DNA of 55,769 nt, the filler included, from Asterionella formosa (taxonomy: Eukaryota), in assembly GCA_002256025.1 (NCBI GenBank). It is 6 parts of 6 records of this genome, joined end to end, with 100 filler letters (N's around TTAATTAATTAA, not from the genome) between each part and the next. Parts side by side here need not be neighbours in the genome. Positions count along the whole stretch, not along the records: positions 1 to 9,234 come from NKIB01010926.1; positions 9,335 to 18,550 come from NKIB01010943.1; 4 more parts are not named here. One strand, given 5' to 3'. The position numbers and the translations under genes are program-made. Positions 1 through 11,897 of this stretch are shown piece after piece (the first letter of the stretch is position 1; every line of letters starts with the position of its first letter). The notes under the pieces are model-generated. The model was not told where the DNA came from. It worked only from the letters and a program-made list of their open reading frames with translations, and made no database searches.

Positions 1-444
1 TTTCGGCAGCATTTGTTGTTCCTGCTTTGAAACCATAGGAATCAAGCCAAGGAAATCTCTGAAACCGCAAGAAGTTTGGAACGGATACGGAAAGATAATT
101 TTTATGTTGCCATGCCTCCACGTCATTTATGGAAATCAATCGGGTGGGACCAAAAACTGTCAAGCAAATGTTGATAAATACACAAGAATAATATAAATAA
201 TAGTGATAATATAGTTTCACATACTATTTAAGTTATTAGAAGGTTTTCACAAACTAAAATGTCTTGAGGAATGATGAGATTGGATGATCCCAATGGTCCG
301 CCCATTATTTGTTCTTTTTCACTCCCAAAGAACCTAAGATGGTCCTTTTCGTATTTTTCGAAAATTTTCTTCTCCACTTTTCAACTGCAGTTCGACATGA
401 GTCTGTAAACTTTTTCAATTTGATTCCAGAAGGGCTATCATCAC

Positions 445-2525
445 TTAAAAATATGTTTTCAACTTTTTGTCAATTTTGATGCATCCAGAAATTTGGCCAA
501 GAGGTGCATGATTATACCATCTGAAGGGAGCAACTTTTTCATTCATTTGTTGGATCATGGATTTCACCTTGACAACATCATCCTTCTTGAAATATGAATT
601 GCAAGGAAGTCTTCCAAATACTTCATTCAACCTTTTTAAATCTATATAGGAGCTCAAAATTTTGTCGATACAAAATTGAAGAACAGTTATTTCCAACTGA
701 AACATATCCTCACGAATGTTTGTCGTTGTCATTTGAGGCCAAAATGTTTCAAGATTAATGTATGTTGACTTGGTTGGTGGGTCAGATGTAACAGATAAAA
801 AATCGTCTGTTCGATCAGTTGCTACCACCTGACGTTTTAAAACTTTCCAGGACGCCGTCTCCAAACGGTATTGTGCCCGATTGCCAAGAAATTTGGTTTT
901 TCCATTCCTTTCTAGTTTCAATAGAGTTTCCAATACTTTCACAATTGTAAATCGTCCACTTGACCATCCACTATCATCTTCTGGTTGAAACAACATGGAA
1001 TCATGTTCAGTGGCCATAATGATCTGCAATGGCGCCGTACTTTGGTACCAGTATAGAAAGTTTCCGATAAACCAATTTCTTCAGGTGCATGGTATTATTG
1101 TGGAAGATATCCTGTATCGGTGCATAACAATTCCAATTGTTTCGCGCATCCAGGGATGATGCAGTACTTACGGGCAAGGTGAAATACTCGATCATAATGT
1201 TCATCCAAACTTGCATCTTTTCCTGGATCACAGGCTTGACATAATCCATCATTTATAGCATCACGATAATGCAAAAAATGGTTGTTTTCCTCCTCATCCG
1301 ATCTTTTGCAATAATAAATTAACACATACAGTAGTTACTGTCATGATGAAGTGGATGACAATCACCTTGGTATGTCATATATACGGGTTGTTATTACCCT
1401 TTTCTGGGTTCTCATCCAAATCAAATATAACCTTTGCATCATTTGGATGAAGTTCATGAATTATATAATGAATCATGGAGCAAGGTAATTGTTTCAAGGT
1501 GCCATCCCAATATGCAAGATCTTTAAAATCTGAAGATGTTTTTTATACCTTTGACTCCATTAAATACAGAGGCGTAATTGCATATTTCTTGTGGGGTGCA
1601 TCCAGGTGTACAAATCTTTCCACAATTTTAGTTGTCCATGAGTTTTCGGCAAACTCAAGGAAAATGCAGTTTGCTTTGGCATAATAACTCTACACATTTC
1701 ACATGCTGACTCTTCACAAAAGTAGCTAGCTGCCTTCAGGATTGTTCTCCATGATTTTACAAAGAAATTGTTTTCTTCCAGGTATGATTTGGAAAAAGAT
1801 TCAATTTTGTGCTTCAAACTTCGTTCCCGACTCAGTACATCAACTGCCTTAGCCAGCATCACATCTCTGTCTGCATTGATCTTCTTGAATTCAAGGTCTT
1901 GATCTAGCGCAAACTTTGTCTTGAATATCTTTTCTTTTAGAAATTCAATAGTTTCTCTGCTCTGCTTTCATGATGTTCATTTTGATGTTCTGGACGAATA
2001 GTGAGACATATTTCTTGGTTTTGCAACTTTTCAACCATTTCTACTTCAGAAGTGATGTCTCCAACATTTCCGCCGGTATTTTCATTCATCGCTTGAACTT
2101 GTTCATCAAAAGGATGAGAATCACTGAGTTCATCTTCATTATCAGGGATTTCAGGAGAACGAGCAAAATACGACACTAGATGGAAGTGTGACTCTGTAGG
2201 AATAGAGTCTTCATCCGCGAAGAACAACTGTTTGGGTTTCCTTGCTCTTCGAAAGCAATCTTTCCTCCTTTTCAATTTCTGCCACTATTGTATCGGCATA
2301 CTTCCTTCATTATTTTTTCCGGATTATTATGAATCTGTTCAAATTCATCTGAACTTTGAGGGTATTCAAAGGAGCAAATCTTCGATTGATTTTATAAGTT
2401 GCTTTCTTCATCTTCTTTTCCAAAAACACGAAGTTGTGTCGTGTAAACAATGGAAGTAAGTCACGTTTCTTGTCTGACTGATCCTTTCCATGAAATCCAT
2501 GAAATGCCATTTGGAAAGTTGTCAA
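445..2525 (-). pseudogene. Decayed coding region, possibly a Ulp1/C48-like cysteine protease of a DNA transposon
   Basis: A chain of same-strand ORF fragments broken by stops and frameshifts. Joining frames gives KVIVI(P)LHHDSNY-YVLIYYC...FLHYRDAIN and FQPEDDSGWSSGRF, resembling the Ulp1 H/D/Q-x-D-x-x-x-CG motifs but with the catalytic residues altered. Confidence 0.3.
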
Positions 2526-3000
2526 AGGGCCAGAAGACTATGATGTAAAACTGTGGAAGGGAAACGCGGAGCTAGCTTTTTGCGGCGCTTGTGGAGGTGC
2601 AGCTGGTGTGATGGTAACCAAGTGTAGCAATTGTTGAACAGAGCACAGCAGTGTAATATGCATGTTGCGCTAGCGTAGTGTTTACAAAATACATATACCG
2701 GTATATATATATCAAGGGAAAACGACACGACAATGAACGTGATGGCTGGTTCTTGACAATACCGGTATGTGAAATGCATCAATCCATATCACAAATCATA
2801 TTATGGTGATGTACATATCAACGCATCCGTATACTTAGATCCTATTCACTATATAATACTATCATATTAACTATTTGCTTTTACTGTATACATTAAAATT
2901 CGAATATATATATATATATATATTAGCTAATATACTTTATGATATCAATCTTTTTTCTATGATGTATTGATAACAATTACGTACATATTTTATCGTATCT

Positions 3001-3240
3001 TATTATCATCGTATTATTTTAACATGATCATATTTTGATTAAAAATATATCATAAACATTTTAAGAAATCATCATAGTTCTATGATCAATGTATCATAGC
3101 TATGAGATAAACATCATTATTTTATTGTCATTGTATTATTTTAACATGATCATATTTTGATGAAAATTATATCACAAACATTTTAAAAAATCATCATAGT
3201 TCTATTATCAATGTACTATAGCTACTTGATAAACACTATT
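3001..3240. repeat. AT-rich tandem duplication, ~121-bp unit x2
   Basis: GTATTATTTTAACATGATCATATTTTGAT...ATCATCATAGTTCTAT occurs at ~3011 and ~3133. Confidence 0.85.
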
Positions 3241-3399
3241 CAATATTATGTATCATATATTGGTCATGTATGTATCGAAGTAACCCTATCGTAATATCAC
3301 ATTATCAATCATTCAATGTTGATTGGGAACTGTATTCTGCATTGTGCTACGAAGTATGATATTACAACATGCACTTTGGCTAAGTCACTGCTGTAAAGT

Positions 3400-4310
3400 A
3401 CACAAGTCGACAGTGTACGTACACACAGGCTAAGCAGGTTTGAGGCAACAGACAGTTTCAACGAACAAATGACGATACAGGCACCAATTTTTCCAGCAGC
3501 AAACCACAATGATGAAAGACACTTGTCCCTCTATTGATGATGACACGGACACCGACTTTTCCAGGAGCAAACAACAATGAAGAGAGCCACTTGTCGCTCT
3601 ATTGATGGTAACAAAGATGCGGACTAGTTCAACAGTGAATACAAGAACAACATACCAATGAAAACAAGTCGACAGTGTGTGTATGCACACACTAAGCAGG
3701 TTTGAGGCAATGGACAGTTCCGACAAGCAAATGACGATATGGATATCAAATTTTTCCTGTGGCAAACCACATTGATAATGATGAAGGACATTCGTCCCTC
3801 TATTGTTGATGATACAGATACCGGGCGGATTTTCCATGAGCAAACAACAATGAAGAGAGCCACTTGCTGTCGCTCTCTTGATGGTAACCAAGATACAGAC
3901 AAATTCAAAAGTGAATACAAGTACAGCATGCGAAATGCGGAAATGAGCGATATGAAAAAGAAATTTTTAAATTGAATCATTCTATATCTATAACTATGTG
4001 GATAGCAGTCTGATAAATTTTCGTATCTCCTTCTATGCTGAATCTCAATTGTAGATGTAGTATCATGTGAGAATTGAAAATGTCAACGAGAACAAGTAGA
4101 ATGTGTTTGTTTACGAGTTGATTGGCGAGATTGTAATGCTGGTGGTCGACGAAACAGATTTACAATGTGCGCTGTGTGCGGAACCATACAAGTTATCGCA
4201 AACAATCATTCCACTTGTCATCGCTAGTATTTCGTTATTGTTGCAAAAATCAGAGTCATGACGGATGGAGATGACAAGCCAAATTGCATTACTTTAGCTG
4301 GTACATTATC
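3400..4310. repeat. Dispersed repeat family B, copy 1, with an internal ~262-bp tandem duplication
   Basis: ACAAGTCGACAGTGT...TAAGCAGGTTTGAGGCAA occurs at ~3402 and ~3664. Segment ~3590-4310 matches the reverse complement of 15600-16425. Confidence 0.85.
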
Positions 4311-7300
4311 CTACCAAGAAATTCAACTACAGGAATCTAATAGAAACAATACATATAATAATTAAATATACAAATACATATAATAATTAAATATACATAG
4401 TCAAAAGGGTTACTATTTAAATTACGAGGGCATTGATCAAAATTATTAGATGATATAACAAAAAATTATGATCAGATGATCACAATCATATGATGCATCA
4501 TGGGAATATGATGGTTTTTATTTGCAGACGTGATCATACAATCATACTTACCTAAACTTTAAGCATGATCAAATTATATTTTGTATATTTCCTATATTCT
4601 CATCAAATTTTGCCAAAGGTCCAATATCGCCCATCATTAAAACATGCCAATTGCCCCTCGGTTTTCCAGCTCTCCTGGGATTGCTTAATCGGCAAGGGGC
4701 CTACTTACGGAAACCGTTTTACAGACTCTACATATTTGATTAAAATATATCTAGCATTCACCTCGTTTTTGTTTGTCACCTGGAAAGTGAGTCCGGTACT
4801 AAGTCACCTTTCACCATGCCGATCATCGTCCATCATGCCCAGTCTGAAGCGAAATCAGTTCAGTGATTTCGCCATTAGCGATTTGTCTTCTAATGGATGC
4901 GGTTGGTTGTTGAATTGCTTGCCTTCTCGTGGGATTCATGTACTTGTATCGTCCATATTTCTTCGGACGAACAATGATATCAGTATATCTGATGTTGGCG
5001 GCAAGTTTTTGCTCCAGTCATTTATGCGCTTAACGGATATTCTACCGATATAGCCTACATTTGTGCGTGGTACGAAAAACAACCATACATGGTTTAAGTT
5101 AAATTTTAATTCTTACTTCGAACACGTCGTTATAATATACATGCTGTAGACTTGGTATTATCTTTATGAGACTAAGTATGTTAAATTATTTGGTTCACAT
5201 ATTCATTGATTTTACGTATGCCCAATATCGTCCTCACAATTATAATTCTCACTCTATCCTGCCTTTCCTTGCTCAATTCGGGCTTGCAACAGGGACCTTT
5301 CGACTTTCCCTTTCGACTTTCAATAGATCCCATTGTATGCTGCTTGTTATGTTACTTAGAGCGGATCGGAAAGTACAACAGTGAAACACTGAAAATGGAA
5401 TGTAGAAGCTAGGCCTAGTATTTGTCGACTTTCCGATTTGGTTGCTTCCATAGTCCGTTTTGATCGCTTCCGTCGTTGTTTGTCGTTCCGCACTGTCGTT
5501 TAGGCTCTGTTGTAGCAATCTATCTACACAAATGTTTCAATGCCTACTCTTTGATGATTATCGTTGATCGTATTTGTTGATTTACAAAGTCATTGTGGTG
5601 ACCATGAGTTCAATATTGCCGTCAAGCAATGCTCTTCTTGTACTGATGTGTTCTGCTACCTTTCTGCTACGAGTTCATATTTCAAGCTACTTTTCAATGT
5701 TGAGCTTGAGGGAGTCGATAGTGCTGGAGCAGCCTGGCAATCACGCTTGCTTAGAATGGAATGATAAGGGTTATTTGGAGGGAGGAATAACTGTGGGCGG
5801 AAGCACTCCTGCTACTTGCGTCAGGCTACTACAGCTATGTGCATACTAGATGCAGCATCCAGAACAATGCAGATCTCAATTGGGTTCAGCGTTTTTCTTC
5901 TTTTCTGTTTTGTTTTCGCTCTTTGATTGTGTGATAGAAAGGCAGTGTTGCCTGTGTAAGTACTACAATGCATGCATCTCCACTGAAACTCTTATGTTTT
6001 ACTTTATTTCTAAACCAAAACAATATATTCTATTTCTCATTTGACGCTACTTATTACATTACATAAAATACTTAGTCGCTCCAAAAATCATGTTAAATTT
6101 TAATTGATATTGTATGTTACAATCATTCTCATGTGTTTGATGCTTGTTTTATCATGTCCATGTATATTACGACCTTTATTCTGGCTGTCATGCTAAAGCA
6201 TTTGGCATTTCTATTGCCGAAAACTTCGATGTGCCCCAAATGATTGCCACTAAATAAAGATTGCTTAGAGCCTAAAAATTACTTAAAAGTACAAAAATGG
6301 CAAGACAATAGCTGGAGTGGGGATCGCCACCATACTGTGCCGCCTGTTCACCATTGAATGACAATACCAGAGTTACTCCTTCTGTTCATGAATAACGGTA
6401 GTAGTTGCAACCAAATTTCAGGTCACTGCCTCTTATGAAGCGCAACCTCCAATAATTATCCGGCTTACAGCCCTTCTTATTTAATTATTATTCCGAACCA
6501 AATGGTGTCTAGCTGTAACATATTTACTAAGTAGTCTAGAATTAGGTGAACCTTACCTCGATTTTTTTCACAAGTTTTTTGTAGAATCGCGCCCCAATTA
6601 GAGTGTTTGCTCTGGAACCCCATTTTTTGTTGCCCATTCGTTAAGCAATAGATATAAAGTAGAAAATTTTTATACAGAGTGACGATACATCGCCGATTGC
6701 TTGTTTCGCAACCCCAAAAGGGAGACTGATAAGACCGTCAAAAAACATGACCTGCTCGTCATAAATCCGGGCATGAACAAAACATTAGCCATATTATTCG
6801 ATGTCTGTAGCACGAAATACTTTTTGTCCGGAAACACATGCTTGTTAGTTTATTTAGCTCTATCTCTTTGGTAGTAATAGCCGATATTACACACACATGG
6901 ATGCAGGTCAGTACGCTGGCTAACGAAAATCAATAGCCTTAAACGATGCACATGTATCGCTATTTAGCGTTATACTCGCCTAAATATACTAATCTAACCG
7001 ATGTATCCGTATCCTGTATTGAATTTTGTAGATAATGTATTTTGCATTTACAGAGGGCTTCTTTGAAGGATGTGGATCAAGCCAGGTTAGTTGCTGAGCA
7101 TGTTGCAACTATACAAGAACAGATTATGTTCTATTATTTCTCGCTACAGTATGTCAGAAGTATTAGTGACAAGCGTCATCACCATACTACTGTTCCTGTT
7201 CACCATTGATTGATGATACCAGAGGGATGCTCCAATATTCCTCTGCTACTCTCCCTCATTTAATTTGTAACCAGAATTAGGGTCAAAAGATGATTGCATC

Positions 7301-8689
7301 AGGTGTAACACAGATCTGCTGTAGCATAAATTGCTGAATGAATCTGTTGAATTTGCTTATCAGTTCATGTGGTAGCTGCCAAGTTTGCATGGTTCTTCCC
7401 AGCCAGTTACATCCAATGCCTTCCTCCGGCATTAGGTAGTAACATGTTGCTGTCTGGGACAAAGAATGCATGCTTTTGTTGCCATGTCAAGAGCATAAGG
7501 CAGCCTTCTCCATCATTGTAGTAGGCTTCGAAATATCTGTTCAATGTCTTTAGTGTAATATGTCTCCCCTGTCTGTAGGCAGCCTTTGCCATTTTAGACT
7601 TCGGAATAACTGTATAGGCTTTGTCGGTGAAATATTTCTCCATTGATTTTTTACTTGCTTCTACAGTCAGATGAAGACATATCTCCCTTATCTGCATGCT
7701 GCCTTTCCACTCAGATGTGACAGGTGGCGAAGTGAAATAGAGTCAATATCCCCCTCTTCTCCCATGAGTGAAGGTTTGGCACAGACAATGAGGAAAGTGT
7801 AATCCTTGGCTGTTGGGAGAGCGAGGAACAAACGAATGATAAAGAAAAAACCCTTTTTAAGCTCTTGCAGGCGTTGTAAGCGTCTGTTTATACTCAGTAC
7901 AGAGTAGCATGTGAAAACCAGTCAGAGTATGCATCCGATGGGAGTGGATAGTGAGGGCTTGCAGCCATGACGCACTGGTGGCGGCCTGCAAAAACACTGA
8001 AGTGCCACTATAGGCAGCAAAGGTCTGCCAGAAAATGCCTTCAACAGCAAACTTACAGTGCACAACGTTTTAACACCTTGACGATTTGTATGCAGCAGCA
8101 ATTGCTTCTGTAGGATGGTGAATTCCTTCGCAGAAGTATAATGGATCCCAGGCAAAGGAGCGGTTAGGTCTGATGAACAAGTAAGCAAAATATAAACAAG
8201 TGCTGAACATATCATGACGAAAGCATATGCTGCCTAACACAGAGAAATACAGGCAGTTACCAATTGTTTACTTTCACTAAATATAATGTGTGCTCTATAA
8301 ATTTATCACCTGCCCTGTTGGAAATGCATACTGCTGGTAGCAGTAGGAAGCCTCCCATAAATCCATTCACTCAAGTTCAGGCACATACGTACATATTGGT
8401 CACACGTTTCATCGCCATACTATGCTTTTGTCAGTGTGTGTTTGTTAGGCTGTTGATGTCGACAGGTGTCCGAAGACTAGGTATTCTGAGGAATGTCTAA
8501 ACGGAAATAGACAGGATTTATATTGCAGAATAATACGCAAACGAGCGGCGTGAGAAAGGTCTTGACCAGTCATTCCAGGGCAGTACAGTACTGGAGCGCA
8601 CTAGAGTAGGCGCCATATATTTCTACATGGTAGCGCACTCGTTTGCACAAGTGGTACAAGGATATACGTGAAAACCAGAGGTCGACAGT

Positions 8690-8728
8690 TGATAAGAACG
8701 ACCCTGAGGGGGAGGGTCGTTCTTATCA
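8690..8728. repeat. Perfect 16-bp inverted repeat (hairpin)
   Basis: TGATAAGAACGACCCT-gaggggg-AGGGTCGTTCTTATCA. Confidence 0.9.
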
Positions 8729-9234
8729 TTCCGAATTTGCTGTATCATTTCCGGGTTGCGGGCAAAAAGTGACGGTTGGTATCAAAACACGGTATCAGCA
8801 ACGGTAACTTGATGGTATCAATTTTGTATCATTGATACAAAATTGATACTTTTTTTTGCCCCCTCCAAAAACGGTATCAGTGATACTGACGTTTTCACCC
8901 GGGTATCATTTCCGTTGTCACTAATAAAATAACCGAAAATAAGCCTGCAAGGCAAGGCACCAGTGATAATATAAATGGCATATACTATTCCTTCAATTTT
9001 ATGCTGGCTGCGTACATTGTCCAAGCAACACCATTGATACAATTATACAGCACCAGACAGAAAGTTATACTTGGTGATCTTATAACTCCCAAGTGTTTTT
9101 GTGTATTTGTTACTACAGATCAGTCATTTGAATCTCCCTGAAGATACTACAACAAGCAAGGCAAATGGAACCGCATAGTATGGAACCAGTCACACAAACG
9201 CAAACAACAACTGTTGATGTGGAGACCACTGTAT

Positions 9235-9334
9235 NNNNNNNNNNNNNNNNNNNNNNNNNNNNNNNNNNNNNNNNNNNNTTAATTAATTAANNNNNNNNNN
9301 NNNNNNNNNNNNNNNNNNNNNNNNNNNNNNNNNN
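9235..9334. other. Artificial scaffold-concatenation linker (N44-TTAATTAATTAA-N44); identical linkers at 18551-18650, 27867-27966, 37178-37277 and 46475-46574
   Basis: Five identical 100-nt spacers with a six-frame-stop 12-mer. The segments between them are 9234, 9216, 9216, 9211, 9197 and 9195 nt (size-sorted), and genes are cut at the junctions. Confidence 0.97.
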
Positions 9335-9509
9335 CCTGAGGAAACAGGTCAGAAATCAGGAGCTCTTGATTTTCCTCGAAATAATCATCGAAATCGCCTT
9401 TCCATTCATTCGCGGAGCATTTGAAGCTATATCTCTGTGACTTCTGGATGCTTTGGAAGCATCGTGCGCCCGGGAGTACTGCAAGCAAGGTTAGGCCGAT
9501 GATCTTCAT
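9335..9509 (-). CDS. 5' fragment of a probable plastid-targeted or secreted protein, cut by the scaffold end
   Basis: MKIIGLTLLAVLPGARC-FQS is a signal peptide followed by Phe, like the diatom ASAFAP motif. A GTAC-rich cluster lies upstream. Confidence 0.5.
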
Positions 9510-10115
9510 CTTTAATTGTTGATTTTTTTTAATCCAACCATGATCAATTCACAATCATTGCATCTACCCGGTACCGGTAGCGTCGTTATCACATCGGTAA
9601 CAACATAGTCTACCCGTTATGATACTGGTACCTGGTACTGCCTGGTACTGGTACCGGTCACATATGCCATCACACCATCACAATGCCGGTACATATAGAC
9701 GGGAAAATGTTAATTACAGTCACACGTCAGCATGACATAGAAACGTGAATCAGGCAGTCCCGAATCAATACCCCTTTGTCGGGGTGTGTGTATCTGGCAC
9801 CAGGTACCTGCTACCCTGGTACCAGTACTAGTATCAGGTTCAAGGTACCGTACTGTACTACCGGCACATAGCTAGTCGATAGAATCATGTCATGAACCGA
9901 ACAAATTTTATGATCCCTGCAGCGGCGGGTATTTTATGCCACTTCTTGCAAGTACGGTAAATATCATGACAACATCGCTTCAAGCGATTAATAAACAAAA
10001 TAAATGTTGGAGAGCGAGTGCAGTCTGTGATCAAGAAGAATATCCGTATTTGTAGACAATAGTCTTCCGGTGCCGCTAGGACTCTGAACAAGGAATCTTC
10101 ACACACATCACTGCA

Positions 10116-10343
10116 ATGGCAGTGAATAAAGAGCCTCTCGTTCTTGCGCATTATGAGTACCATCATGGGTCTGGCAGGCACATTTTGATGAAGGATGAAG
10201 ACGACGGTGTTCCCAAATATTCCATCAAGTGTTGCCTGTGTTACACCCTGGATTTTCTTATTTTCTCTGTTGCTATTGGCTTTCTGGTATTCTCGGGTTG
10301 GCTGTGTTATTATTTATATACCAACTATCAAGGCGATAACTAA
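10116..10343 (+). CDS. Small single-pass membrane protein (75 aa), hypothetical
   Basis: ATG-TAA ORF with KCCLCY followed by a hydrophobic helix. Divergent from the 9509 gene across GTAC clusters. Confidence 0.4.
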   Translation: MAVNKEPLVLAHYEYHHGSGRHILMKDEDDGVPKYSIKCCLCYTLDFLIFSVAIGFLVFSGWLCYYLYTNYQGDN

Positions 10344-11249
10344 CAACGGAGCAGAATTTTTCAATTGTTTCATTGGGCATTCCAATTGTGAATGTTCAAA
10401 CGAAAATGCAAATTATTGCAAGGTTGTCTTGAATCCAAGTTTCATTGTTATAATCTGATCTAGCCTGGCTTGGCTTATTAGCGGCCGCTTCAATATCTCT
10501 CTCGCAGACGGGATGATTGGCAGGTTGAACCATATTCCAATAGATGGGTTTTCCTTTTTTTGATTAAAATACACTTTATGCTTCAAAGCACTTCAATATT
10601 GCCTGTCTTTTGTAGAATGTGACTGGTTCCAGGATCACGGTTAGTTTGTTGGTTCACTCCACCTTTGGGTGATGGATCAAAAGAAGAAAATTTGCACACA
10701 CACACATACATGTCCTGGCAGATTCTGCTCCAATGACTTCCCTGTGTCCAGGTGAATGAACTAAGATAGATTATTTACTACTAGTAGTGGTATACATCAA
10801 TATGGGGATTTCCTATCTATTCCTGTACCTGGTACTCCTACCAATTGCAACAAAGCAAGGGCATTTATTTCTACTTTTAATATGCTCCAACCTCGGGGGT
10901 TTGTCGTTTTAGAAATGTTGTCCAGAGCCAAGATACCTTTTTAAACTTGGTTTAAGACGGGCTACCAATGTACTGAAACTAACAGGTACTGTTACTACAT
11001 ATTTATATGCATCCTCATTGAAAACCCTCATCGTTACTGTGTAGACAGACACGCATGTGTTTTGGACTCCTCCCCCTGGTGCACGTATACCCCTAGACTT
11101 CCGAAATATGCGGGCATATGAACCGGTATATCGGGTATATTAAAAGACGAGCAATAGACTACCGGTAGTCCATTGCACTTTAGCTATGTAGCATGCATCA
11201 TTGCTTTCGCCAACAATATTTTTCCTGCGGAACTCCTCCTACTACATTA

Positions 11250-11897
11250 CCGTATACTTCATTGTCCTGGACCCCCCCTATGGTTGCTGGACCCCCCTGT
11301 ACATTTTTCTCGAGGTGGAACCAAACACCCAATAATTTTCTTGTCATAGACAAAGTAACGTGCCATAATTCTTTTTGTCCTCGTAGGCACTAGTATGTAA
11401 TAATTTAGCTACCATTTTGCGATTCTTTTGTACATACAAAACACAAGAGACGACAGGTAGTGGCTGTGAGCAGCTGGAGAATCCTTCATGATGTTGTCGC
11501 AACCTTGACCATGACGAAAATACGAATTATCTCCACGAAAATAGAGAACGACGCTTTGCTACTTGCTACCTGTATTAAGAACGACATGGAAAATACAATC
11601 GTAAAAGAAGTAAAGTAATAACACTAATAATGACAACGAAAATTGAGATCGCCGATAACAACATGAAGTCCCGTTTTTCTTGCGAGGTGAAGAACTCTCT
11701 CATTTTTCACAAGACGAAAATAATTGTCATATTAATACATCTTAGAAAAATGTGCGCTATCCTCTAGAACTAAAGAAATTTACTTAGGTCGATTATAAGG
11801 GAAATCTCTTCATTGTCCTGGGCCCCCCTTAAGTAAAATCAGTCAAATTCAGTCACGGCAGTGTACATTGGGGGGTCCAGGACAATGAAGTATACGG
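11250..11897. mobile_element. Tc1/mariner-pogo-type MITE (648 bp) with 28-bp perfect TIRs and TA target-site duplication
   Basis: TA|CCGTATACTTCATTGTCCTGGACCCCCC ... GGGGGGTCCAGGACAATGAAGTATACGG|TA. Extra subterminal TIR-motif copies at ~11287 and ~11808; no long ORF. Confidence 0.92.
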
